64,000 nucleotides of DNA from the NCBI GenBank assembly GCA_024650005.2, contig CP122380.1:832001-896000 (forward strand), in the 5' to 3' direction. Positions 20,032-28,905 of this stretch are shown here, one piece after another; positions within the stretch are counted from its first letter, which is position 1; each line of letters begins with the position of its first letter. The DNA comes from Candidatus Bathyarchaeum tardum (lineage in GTDB: Archaea; Thermoproteota; Bathyarchaeia; Bathyarchaeales; Bathyarchaeaceae). A model generated the notes under the pieces. The model had not been told where the DNA came from. It saw only the letters and a list, made by a program, of their open reading frames with translations, and did not search any database. Made by a program: the position numbers and the translations under genes.

Positions 20032-21255
20032 TCAACTCACTGACGTGTTTACAAAATCAAGGACTCTTTGCATTTTTTCACCGATTTTTTCTGATGCCAA
20101 ATGGTCTAAAACATATTTTTTACCACATAGTCCAAGCTCAGAAGCAAACAATCTGTTGTCATAAAGACTGTTAATAGCTTTTGCCAAACCACTCGCATCT
20201 CTAGGTTTCACAACTAACCCCGATTTTGTTAACTCAATATACCTGGCGGCTTCTCCTTTAGAAACACAAATAATAGGCTTACCATAAGATTGATACTCAA
20301 AAACTTTGGTTGGAAGCCCTAATTCCACAAAATTCATATTGGCCATAGGAAGCACAAAAACGTCCGCTGAATCAAGTATAGCAGCCAACTCATCTTTAGG
20401 CAGAAAACATGTATTCAAAACAACATTATCAAGACCACGTTCATTAATGGCTTTCTTCAACGCAGGAGCCTTTTCGCCGACTCCTCGAATAACAAAAATA
20501 ATATCCTCCTTCGCTGCTAGAAACTGCGCAGCGTCTAAAACCACATCAAAATCATATCCTAAACCCAAAACTCCAGAGTACATGACAGTGAACTGATTCT
20601 TCAAGTTTTTATTAGAATTCAAAGTTTTAATACTATCAATGCCAACCTCAATAATGTGTACCTTCTCTGAAGAAATGCCGTATTTAGTGACTATTGTTCG
20701 TTTGTATCCTTCACTTATTGGTGTAATAGCCGCAGGAACAGCATAAGAAAGCCAAGCCAAGAAATCCAGTATCTTCTGTGCAAACTTTGATTTCACGTAG
20801 CCTAGCTCGTAGAAAACTTCAGGCCACAGATCATCAACATTCCTTACAATAGGAACACCTTTAGTGGCGCCATAAATGAAGCTTGGAAAGAAAGAGAACA
20901 AGTTAGGGTTCGCGCCCCAAACCACATCCACTTTGCCTACGAAAGGCAAAGCAAACAAGGAAGAAATACAAAAACAGAAATGTAAAAACAGCCTGTTCAA
21001 TGGACTACTATGTGGCAAAGGAGGAATCCATACCCGAAAAACTTTTGCATGTCCATATCTTTCAGGAACAACAGGCTTACCCTTGTATTCTCTTGAAACG
21101 GTACCGTGTGGATAATGTGGAAAAGCGGCAACAACAGTAACATCGCAGCCTTTACTAAGCAAGCCTTTAACCACGTTTGATGCTCGTGTACTGGCTCCAC
21201 CCATGTCAGGAAAAAAATATTGGGCTAAAACCAAAACTTTCAAACTTTTACTCAT
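20032..21255 (-). CDS. GT4 glycosyltransferase (WbuB-like)
   Basis: QYFFPDMGGA, PHYPHG, DLWPE and PTKVFEY motifs. Confidence 0.9.
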   Translation of the reverse strand: MSKSLKVLVLAQYFFPDMGGASTRASNVVKGLLSKGCDVTVVAAFPHYPHGTVSREYKGKPVVPERYGHAKVFRVWIPPLPHSSPLNRLFLHFCFCISSLFALPFVGKVDVVWGANPNLFSFFPSFIYGATKGVPIVRNVDDLWPEVFYELGYVKSKFAQKILDFLAWLSYAVPAAITPISEGYKRTIVTKYGISSEKVHIIEVGIDSIKTLNSNKNLKNQFTVMYSGVLGLGYDFDVVLDAAQFLAAKEDIIFVIRGVGEKAPALKKAINERGLDNVVLNTCFLPKDELAAILDSADVFVLPMANMNFVELGLPTKVFEYQSYGKPIICVSKGEAARYIELTKSGLVVKPRDASGLAKAINSLYDNRLFASELGLCGKKYVLDHLASEKIGEKMQRVLDFVNTSVS

Positions 21256-21274
21256 AACAAATCATATTCAATTG

Positions 21275-22252
21275 TTACTGTTCTGACGGCTTGTCTATAG
21301 CACATTCTTCTTTAATCCAATGGTAAGTTTTAGCTAAACCTTCTTCTAGGCTTACTTGTGGTTCCCACTGCAAAACTTTCCTAGCCAAAGTAATATTAGC
21401 GTTTCTTCCTCGGACGCCTTGAGGAGCTGAAAGATCATGTTCCAAAGTCACATCTTTACCAGAAATCTCAATTATCATTTCAGCTAACTCATTTATTGTA
21501 ACTAGCCGTTCAGATCCAATGTTTATGGGTTTATGATAATCGGATTCCATCAACTTGACTGTTCCTTGTATACAGTCATCAATGTAACAAAATGAACGGG
21601 TTTGCTTTCCGTCACCCCATAACATAATTGTTCCAGGGTTAGAAACTTCAACAACTTTTCTGCACAACGCAGCAGGAGCCTTCTCCCTACCACCTTTGTA
21701 GGTTCCCTCGGGACCATAAATATTATGATATCTAAGAACCCTGATGTCCATACCATAATCTCTTTGATATGCTTCGCACATCTTTTCAGTATACAATTTT
21801 TCCCATCCATAGAAATTGTCGGGATCAGCAGGATATGCATCTTCTTCTTTTAGACCAATTACATTTGGATCAGTTTGTTTATAGGTTGGATAAGCACAAG
21901 CTGATGATGTAAATAAAAATCGTTTAACATTGTTCTTTCTTGATGATTCTAACATTTGAGCGTTGATCAGAACATTGTCATGCATTACTTCTGCACCTAC
22001 AGATGTAATAAACCCGATGCCACCCATGTTTGCAGCTAGATTGTATACTTTGTCAATGCCTTTGGTGGCAACATAACAATTTTCTCGAACAGTTAAATCT
22101 AGTTCAAGTTTTTCGTTACAGTATTTTTCTTGTATGTAATCATCAAATTTTATGTCTACAACTCTGACATAGTTACCTTGTGAATAAAGGTACCTTGCTA
22201 AGTGGCTTCCGATGAATCCTCCTCCACCAGTGACCAATATTCGCTCAGTCAT
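21275..22252 (-). CDS. NAD-dependent epimerase, GDP-mannose 3,5-epimerase-like
   Basis: TGGGGFIGSH, AANMGGIGFI, SSACAYP, YGWEK, GGREKAPAALCRK and GVRGRN motifs. Confidence 0.88.
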   Translation of the reverse strand: MTERILVTGGGGFIGSHLARYLYSQGNYVRVVDIKFDDYIQEKYCNEKLELDLTVRENCYVATKGIDKVYNLAANMGGIGFITSVGAEVMHDNVLINAQMLESSRKNNVKRFLFTSSACAYPTYKQTDPNVIGLKEEDAYPADPDNFYGWEKLYTEKMCEAYQRDYGMDIRVLRYHNIYGPEGTYKGGREKAPAALCRKVVEVSNPGTIMLWGDGKQTRSFCYIDDCIQGTVKLMESDYHKPINIGSERLVTINELAEMIIEISGKDVTLEHDLSAPQGVRGRNANITLARKVLQWEPQVSLEEGLAKTYHWIKEECAIDKPSEQ

Positions 22253-22332
22253 TTATGAACCCCCATATCAAAATTCAACTTTTGAATTTCAAATTTTTTC
22301 ATTATTAATTACCTCATTGGTTGTGAATATAA

Positions 22333-23271
22333 TCAATTCTTTTTTTGTCTAGAAATAGCATACAATGTAATTGCTGTAAAAATCATAAACATTCCTATAA
22401 TAGTGAAAGCTATTGAGGCTAATGCAATATTTGTTATGATTTGATTTTCTTCGATGAATAGTTTTAGCATCCATGTTCCAAAACCTATTCCAGCAAAAAG
22501 TGAAATTAATCCGGGTATTCCCAAGAAAGTTAATGGTCTTTCTTCTACTACTAATTGGATGATTGACATAACTACACTGACGCCGTGACCAATAGGATTG
22601 TGAGTGGAAGTTTGTTCTAACGAATCATATTTACACGCTGCTGAAACTTCCATAACTCTTAAGTCTTGATTTTTGGCTTTCACTAAAACTTCGACACTGG
22701 AACCCATACCATTTTCGACAAGATTTAAACCATTTAGAGCTTTGCGTCCATATACTCTAAAACCACATTGTGCGTCTTTGAAGTTATGATTAGATGCAGC
22801 TCCAGTTAATTTGGAAATTATTTGTATTCCTAAACTTCTGTAACGAGGAACACCATTTGTTTTCTTGTTTTCATCTAAGAACCTAGATCCTAACACCACA
22901 TCTGCATCATCATCGAGGATAGGTTGAATTAATTTTGGAATCTCTTGGGGTTTATGTTGACCGTCACCATCTAAGGTAACTAAAATATCAGCATTCAACT
23001 CCCTTGCGGTTGCAAACAAAGTTTTGATTGCAGCACCGTACCCACAGTTTTTTTCATGAGATATTACGTCTGCGCCTAAGCGTTCAGCAATTTCAGCAGT
23101 CATATCTGTGGAGCCATCGTCACAAACTAAAACTACATCTGCAAATTTTTGGGCTTCCAAAACAATCTTTGCAATTGATCGCTCTTCATTGAATGCTGGA
23201 ATACCAACAACAACTAATGGTTTAGGCTCAGCAGAGAAAACTGAACTGTCTTTTTGTGTTTGAATAGTCAA
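22333..23271 (-). CDS. GT2 dolichol-phosphate glycosyltransferase (DPM1-like)
   Basis: IPAFNEE, DDGSTD, DGDGQH and DAQCGFR motifs plus two C-terminal TMs. Confidence 0.9.
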   Translation of the reverse strand: MTIQTQKDSSVFSAEPKPLVVVGIPAFNEERSIAKIVLEAQKFADVVLVCDDGSTDMTAEIAERLGADVISHEKNCGYGAAIKTLFATARELNADILVTLDGDGQHKPQEIPKLIQPILDDDADVVLGSRFLDENKKTNGVPRYRSLGIQIISKLTGAASNHNFKDAQCGFRVYGRKALNGLNLVENGMGSSVEVLVKAKNQDLRVMEVSAACKYDSLEQTSTHNPIGHGVSVVMSIIQLVVEERPLTFLGIPGLISLFAGIGFGTWMLKLFIEENQIITNIALASIAFTIIGMFMIFTAITLYAISRQKKN

Positions 23272-23285
23272 CTAATCAATCAACA

Positions 23286-24827
23286 CTAGACAATCTGGTA
23301 AACTGAAATTCGTCCTGAATCGTACACTGAAACCCAATCTTCATCTACTCGTAAATTGTACCATTGGATGTCTTGGTTCCACCAAACAAAATAGTTTGAA
23401 TTATAACCTTCATTTACTGCATAATTTGCAGCATTTTGTAGGTCATGGTCAAACAAGAATCCTTGATGATTCGGATCCAAATATAGCATGGTCCACATGT
23501 CAAAAACATCATGAACAAGCAACGAAGAGTCAATGTCCATGTTGGAGTTTAACCATTCATAGGAGTCTATGACTCCTTGGGTGTCTTGCAAAGGAACTGA
23601 ACTGCTTTGCATGGTTGAAGGAACATACTTGAAAGTTCCACCCCAACCGATTATTCCGTATTTTCCTTCAACTAGGGGCCAGCACATAAACAATCCACCA
23701 ACAATTACTGAAAAAAGGGCTAAACCGGCACCAATTTTTTTGTTGATTTTAAACCAACCAAAAAAACGGGAAACACTAACCCAATTAACACTTTTAGAAA
23801 GCTTAGCAAGACCATTAACTGCAAAAAACGAAAAAGGAAAAATCAACAGAAGCATCCATCGTGCCCATAAGAATAATGCTGCAAAAGGAACTACTAAGCA
23901 GCCTAATCCACCTACTAATAAGATTAGACTCCAAAAATTCAGTGCTTTATCTTTGAAGTAACCTACACCAATTAGGGGCAAAAGCAGAGCATACAACATA
24001 ACAAACAAAGAACCTACATCAAAAAACAAATCAAAATATGAACCATAAGACTCGATGGTAGTATTTACACTCAAATAATCAGTAATAAAAAACAAACCAC
24101 CGGGATGAGCCCAGGTGCTGTCATCGATTCGAACCAAATTAGGGTTAATGGGAACTGCAAAAGGAGAAATCAAAACAAAATTCCCCAAAAACAAAACCAA
24201 AGCAGGAACCATTGCTAACAAAAGCTTGTAAGGAACTTTTCGTTTCTTGTAAACATTAAAAACTAGCATCCCAAAAACAACAAAAAACAAAGAAAGAATT
24301 GCTAACTCATGTCCCCATACGGTAAACAAAGCTAAGACACTAAGAATTGATGTTTCTTTCCAGGAAATGTCATCTTTAAGGAACGGAAGGGCAAAGAGCA
24401 TGACCATTACTCCAAAAACGTTACGATAAAACTGCCAACTAACAGCTAAGGCAGCTAACTGAAAAGCAAACAACACTGAAACTAACAAACTCTTTTTTGA
24501 ACTCCAACTAAAACGTTTCCAGGCTACAAAAAACATTCCTGCACAGGTTCCCCCGTAAAGCAGGGGGGCTACTATCTTTAACAACATAAACGGCTGCAAC
24601 TGAGTAACATTATGCAAAGATACTAGAATGCCGTAGATTATCCAGGAACCGAAAATGTCACTGCCGTAAGTGAAAACTACTCCAGAATTCATTCGGGAAG
24701 CATAATAGATTGTGTCCCATCCGATGGGATGGGGAAAACTTAACAATTCAGGAATTAGGCGTACAATAAATCCTACTATAAAGGCTAGAAGGATGCCTTG
24801 ACGGTAACTTAGATTTTGCAGCTTCAT
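23286..24827 (-). CDS. Multi-pass membrane protein (GT-C-like)
   Basis: PIGWDTIYY first loop, about 12 TMs, extracellular C-terminal domain; paralog at 1..1196. Confidence 0.75.
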   Translation of the reverse strand: MKLQNLSYRQGILLAFIVGFIVRLIPELLSFPHPIGWDTIYYASRMNSGVVFTYGSDIFGSWIIYGILVSLHNVTQLQPFMLLKIVAPLLYGGTCAGMFFVAWKRFSWSSKKSLLVSVLFAFQLAALAVSWQFYRNVFGVMVMLFALPFLKDDISWKETSILSVLALFTVWGHELAILSLFFVVFGMLVFNVYKKRKVPYKLLLAMVPALVLFLGNFVLISPFAVPINPNLVRIDDSTWAHPGGLFFITDYLSVNTTIESYGSYFDLFFDVGSLFVMLYALLLPLIGVGYFKDKALNFWSLILLVGGLGCLVVPFAALFLWARWMLLLIFPFSFFAVNGLAKLSKSVNWVSVSRFFGWFKINKKIGAGLALFSVIVGGLFMCWPLVEGKYGIIGWGGTFKYVPSTMQSSSVPLQDTQGVIDSYEWLNSNMDIDSSLLVHDVFDMWTMLYLDPNHQGFLFDHDLQNAANYAVNEGYNSNYFVWWNQDIQWYNLRVDEDWVSVYDSGRISVYQIV

Positions 24828-26086
24828 CGGGTACTAATAAAACTTAAGTTCGTAGTTTTCCCAGTCTTGGCGGTTTTTTCCCATCGCCTTGGCCGTCTTA
24901 ACAAAATCTGCAAAAAAGCGTAACCTGCTACAAAATTTTGAATAAACCAGTAACAGTAAATGAAAGGCAACCATGCTATATTGGAAACTTTTCGAGGCTT
25001 GTCAGTAAAAATCATTGCTAATCCTGCTAAAGCTAACAGGGAAAGAGTTAACACAGAAGTAATGTTTGCAAACAAAACAAAAACTGCATCTGCATTCAGG
25101 GGAACAATAAAAGAAGAAACTGTTGCAAAATAGCCTAACAAACAAGAAATCAAAACAAAAGGTCCAGCTAGGGTAATTTCAGCATCTACGGACGTCTTGT
25201 TTGGACGCTTTAGTAGGCTGCCGTACTTGAAGCTTACTTCCATGGTGCCCCGGAACCAGCGAGTTCGCTGCTTAAAAAAACCCGAAAGAGTAGCAGGATA
25301 TTCTTGCCAGGATTTAACATCAGACGCATAACGAATTTTATGGCCTTCATGGGTGAGGCGGGCTGCTAATTCCATGTCTTCAGATAAGACTTTACTGTCC
25401 CAACCCCCTACTTTGTCTATAACAGATTTTCTTACAAAATAACAACTACCAGTTAAGGGAACAAAAAGCCCTAAAACATCTTTTCCACGCATGTAGGCTT
25501 CACATCTGAGGGCTTCTTCTTGGGCTACAAACTTTGTTAGAATATTTTCATCCTCGTTTACTGCTGCTAACCTGCCTTGAACTGCTGCTACTGTAGGATC
25601 CTTAAAATAACCTGCTGCATTTAAAAGAAAATCACCTTCAGGAATATTATCTGCATCAAAAACCCCAACCAGTTCCCCAGTAACATGGTTAATTGCTTCT
25701 TGCAACGCAGAGGGCTTGCCGTCGGAAAAAGAACGACTTAAAAACTTGACCTGATGGGGATGATCCTTTGCAAACTCTTTACAAATCTTTGCAGTACTAT
25801 CGGTGCTGCCGTCTTCTACTATTATGATCTCTTTTTTATCAGAAGGATAATCTGCACAAACTATTGCATTCAAGAGCCTGCTAACAACTTTCTCTTCATT
25901 TTTCACGGGAACAATTAAGGACACTAGGGGCAAATCCTTGCGTTCACCCATACAACTTTTTGTTGTGCGTTTTGAACAAAGACTCCTAACCCCGGAAACA
26001 ACAATGGGCACATTATAAATTGTCCAAACATACAACAAAGAAAGAACAGCTATCGCAACTACAGACAGGGGATGCATTATATTCAA
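24824..26086 (-). CDS. GT2 processive (cellulose synthase-like) glycosyltransferase
   Basis: DGSTD, FDAD, SED and QRTRW motifs plus TMs. Confidence 0.9.
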   Translation of the reverse strand: MNIMHPLSVVAIAVLSLLYVWTIYNVPIVVSGVRSLCSKRTTKSCMGERKDLPLVSLIVPVKNEEKVVSRLLNAIVCADYPSDKKEIIIVEDGSTDSTAKICKEFAKDHPHQVKFLSRSFSDGKPSALQEAINHVTGELVGVFDADNIPEGDFLLNAAGYFKDPTVAAVQGRLAAVNEDENILTKFVAQEEALRCEAYMRGKDVLGLFVPLTGSCYFVRKSVIDKVGGWDSKVLSEDMELAARLTHEGHKIRYASDVKSWQEYPATLSGFFKQRTRWFRGTMEVSFKYGSLLKRPNKTSVDAEITLAGPFVLISCLLGYFATVSSFIVPLNADAVFVLFANITSVLTLSLLALAGLAMIFTDKPRKVSNIAWLPFIYCYWFIQNFVAGYAFLQILLRRPRRWEKTAKTGKTTNLSFISTR

Positions 26087-26119
26087 AAGACATCTTTTAA
26101 TTTATTAAAGTTATGCATG

Positions 26120-26506
26120 CTAACTCAAAATGTTATTTATAGTCAGATACTGAATAAAACTATCATCATTTGCCCAACTTTGGGCACTTCGATAACCCCA
26201 ATTCTGGGCAACTTTTGAAACACGTTCAGCCATTGTTTTGCCTTCTGTGCGCATTAACCGACGTATTTTGGTTTCCATGGCTTCACAGAGTTTACTTACT
26301 AGACCAGAAACAACTTTAACCAAGAGAAAACTGCGGACCCGTTGAACTACACTGATCGTCAAATTCAGAAGCATGCGCTCATTTTGCTTCAAAGCTTTAA
26401 ACCAACAACGTTTTCGTATTGCTTTCAATTTCAACTTTATTAAAGTCTCTCGAGTAAGGGGAAAAGAACTAGCTGGATTGCATGATTTGTTTGATGCTGA
26501 CTTCAA
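26120..26506 (-). CDS. Basic helical hypothetical protein, first gene of the glycosylation operon
   Basis: GGAGG RBS before the TTG start; K/R-rich LKLKAIRKRCWFKAL...AQNWGYRSAQSWAND. Confidence 0.75.
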   Translation of the reverse strand: MKSASNKSCNPASSFPLTRETLIKLKLKAIRKRCWFKALKQNERMLLNLTISVVQRVRSFLLVKVVSGLVSKLCEAMETKIRRLMRTEGKTMAERVSKVAQNWGYRSAQSWANDDSFIQYLTINNILS

Positions 26507-26584
26507 CTAGTTTTCCTCCGACATGTTGCAATGGGATAACTTTCTTTAGGACATTTTCTAGAAAATTTTTGAAGATTTACTAAA

Positions 26585-26679
26585 ACACAATCAGGTGTCA
26601 TTATGTTGCATCTAAAGTCCCCCAACACCAAAGAATTCTTCATTTATGTTGACACCTTGTGTGCCCTGCGAGTTGGGCA
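26585..26679 (-). promoter_or_regulatory. Candidate structured 5' leader
   Basis: Hairpin TGCCC/GGGCA, then ACACAAGGTGTCA/TGACACCT(GAT)TGTGT stem on the minus strand, downstream of a TATA-like TTATATAT at ~26720-26727. Confidence 0.4.
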
Positions 26680-27203
26680 ATTTTCAGTTGATATCAAATA
26701 TAATGAGTGTGAATATAGAATATATAATACTGCCGATGATTTGCATTTTAAATCAGAATAAGAAAACCTTAATTTTTGATGGAAACTGTTTTTCAGGCAA
26801 AAAAACGCAGTCTTTAATTTTTTCTGAAACATAGCAACCACCTAAAACGTACCGTTTCTACGCCTACAACAAAGGCAGGTAACATATAACAGTTTTCAAC
26901 ATAAAACATATAAAATATTCAAATTCAGAACCCGAATAACATCATCAGATATACTTCTACATAACATTACAAAAAAACAACAAAAAAGAAAAAAAATTCA
27001 CCCAAACGCAAATCCAAAAAAAACAGAACAACAAACAACCCCCCCGTTACAACAAAAAAACTTGCCCAACACGGCACCGTAAACTACAGCTGAGAGCACT
27101 TGGGAATACACAACAAAACACCTCCAGAACTATGCGAAATCAAAGTCAAAGAAAAAAACAAACAAAAACATTGATAAAAAAAAGCAAATTGTGAAGAAAA
27201 AAA

Positions 27204-27530
27204 TTAAGCAGTTATTTTAAGAAACAAATCTTTTTTTTGCTTTGATTTTGGAACAGCAAATTTTTCAGGTTTTTTTTCAACCACTGCAAACATTTTTGCA
27301 ACATTTTCGGGAACATTAACGTCTATGATTTCCTTTTTTGAAGATTTCTTATGATTTAGATATTCGTCAGCAAAAGAACGAGTTATTGTTTTAACATCCG
27401 TAAAGTCAACGACTATTTTATTATTTTCTAATCGTTCTATGCGTTTGAAAAAATTTTGTGCAGAATTTCTCAGAGCTAAATCTGGGGATACAGCTTCTTT
27501 TATTGAAATGGTTTCACTCAAGAAATTCAT
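27204..27530 (-). CDS. STAS-like (DUF4325) domain protein
   Basis: IVVDFTDVKTITRSFADE motif; overlaps the upstream ATPase gene. Confidence 0.8.
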   Translation of the reverse strand: MNFLSETISIKEAVSPDLALRNSAQNFFKRIERLENNKIVVDFTDVKTITRSFADEYLNHKKSSKKEIIDVNVPENVAKMFAVVEKKPEKFAVPKSKQKKDLFLKITA

Positions 27531-28290
27531 ATATGTTCACCTCATTACCCATAAATGGGATTCTAAACCCTACTAGGGTTCCTGTTAACTCAAGCTCTTT
27601 TTCCAGTCTATAAGGTTGTCGGTATTTTTCCGTTGTCAATAACCCACCGTTTCCAGAGATAATTAACATATCTCCTGAGGTTCCATTAGTACAAATACGC
27701 ATTGTGGTGTTTAAACCAAATCCTCTTTCCTTGCTTTTTGTAGAAACACCTTCAGTTGCCTCAATAATTGCTTCACAATCGTTTCTACCTTCTAATCCGT
27801 GTTTTTTAAAACAACCGTTAATCGTAATTCCATCATCAAAAAAACACACATCAGTAAAACCTTTTGTTGGGTACCTTTGAGCCATGACTAAAGCAGTATT
27901 GAATTCTGAATGTTCATAAATATTGTCAACTATTTCACCAATAAGATATTTGAAAGCGTTTTCTCCACCGCATTCGTTGTAACAGTCACACAATTCGTAG
28001 AGTCTTTTCATGATTGCGTTGACTGAATTTTTGTTTTTTGGCAGTGCAACTAAAGGTAAGTATGTTTTTCCACGAGATTTGTTAAACCTAGTCCCATCTG
28101 TTACAGTTTGTAGATATTTACGCACACTCGGAGTTAGTGGAAGCGTGAAATCAGGATTGTTTCTAAGAATGAAAGCAATTAAAGGCAACAGTGTTACAGG
28201 GTAAAAAAAAGTTTCAGCTTCCAAATCTATTAATCCACTTTCAATGCACTCACTTCTGTATACACAGAATTTTTCATAACCCTTTATCAA
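27514..28290 (-). CDS. GHKL/HATPase_c kinase-like protein
   Basis: EIVDNIYEHS (N box), FDDGITI (G1) and GVSTK...RGFGL (G2). Confidence 0.8.
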   Translation of the reverse strand: MIKGYEKFCVYRSECIESGLIDLEAETFFYPVTLLPLIAFILRNNPDFTLPLTPSVRKYLQTVTDGTRFNKSRGKTYLPLVALPKNKNSVNAIMKRLYELCDCYNECGGENAFKYLIGEIVDNIYEHSEFNTALVMAQRYPTKGFTDVCFFDDGITINGCFKKHGLEGRNDCEAIIEATEGVSTKSKERGFGLNTTMRICTNGTSGDMLIISGNGGLLTTEKYRQPYRLEKELELTGTLVGFRIPFMGNEVNIYEFLE

Positions 28291-28473
28291 ACTTGACAGT
28301 TAGACACCTCATAACAAACAAAATAGGGTATCAGTTTTTCATTAAAACCTTTTGTTTGCATAATACTTCGAATATTGCATCCAACAAAATTTACAGCCCA
28401 AAAAATCTGACAAAGACTTTATGGACCTTGCGGCACAGTATAAATCCTGAAATTACCTGTAGCTGCTTTAAAC

Positions 28474-28785
28474 TTAACACAGGTTTGCAATTCTTGTGGA
28501 TTGAATATAATCATTAAACTCTAAACTGTCGGGTTTTCCTACTAGCTTTATTGGTTTTTTAATTTTCCTAAAAAGGGATTTCATAATCAAAGAATGAATT
28601 ATGGCAGCAGCAGATCCAAAGAGACGTTCTAAACCGTTTGTAAACTGGTCAATCTGGTAGGGAATATCATTTTTCTTTAACCCATGAATGTTTTCAAGAT
28701 ACAAATAAACAACCTGTTTTGCTTGTTCACCAAGAACCGACAATGCTTCATCAACCGAATTTGCTAACGCTTCAACGAAATCCAA
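28474..28785 (-). CDS. NitrOD5/DUF3227-like archaeal signalling output protein
   Basis: SVDEALSVLGE...YLYLE...IP..IDQF..GLERLFG pattern; lies downstream of the histidine kinase. Confidence 0.7.
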   Translation of the reverse strand: MDFVEALANSVDEALSVLGEQAKQVVYLYLENIHGLKKNDIPYQIDQFTNGLERLFGSAAAIIHSLIMKSLFRKIKKPIKLVGKPDSLEFNDYIQSTRIANLC

Positions 28786-28905
28786 AGTTAACCACCAACT
28801 AACAGCAATTACCGCAACACGACATCGTAATACTTAATATACGCCATTGCAGTTTTGGACATATATCAAAAAACATAATATCTACACAAACGTACGCATT
28901 TTACA

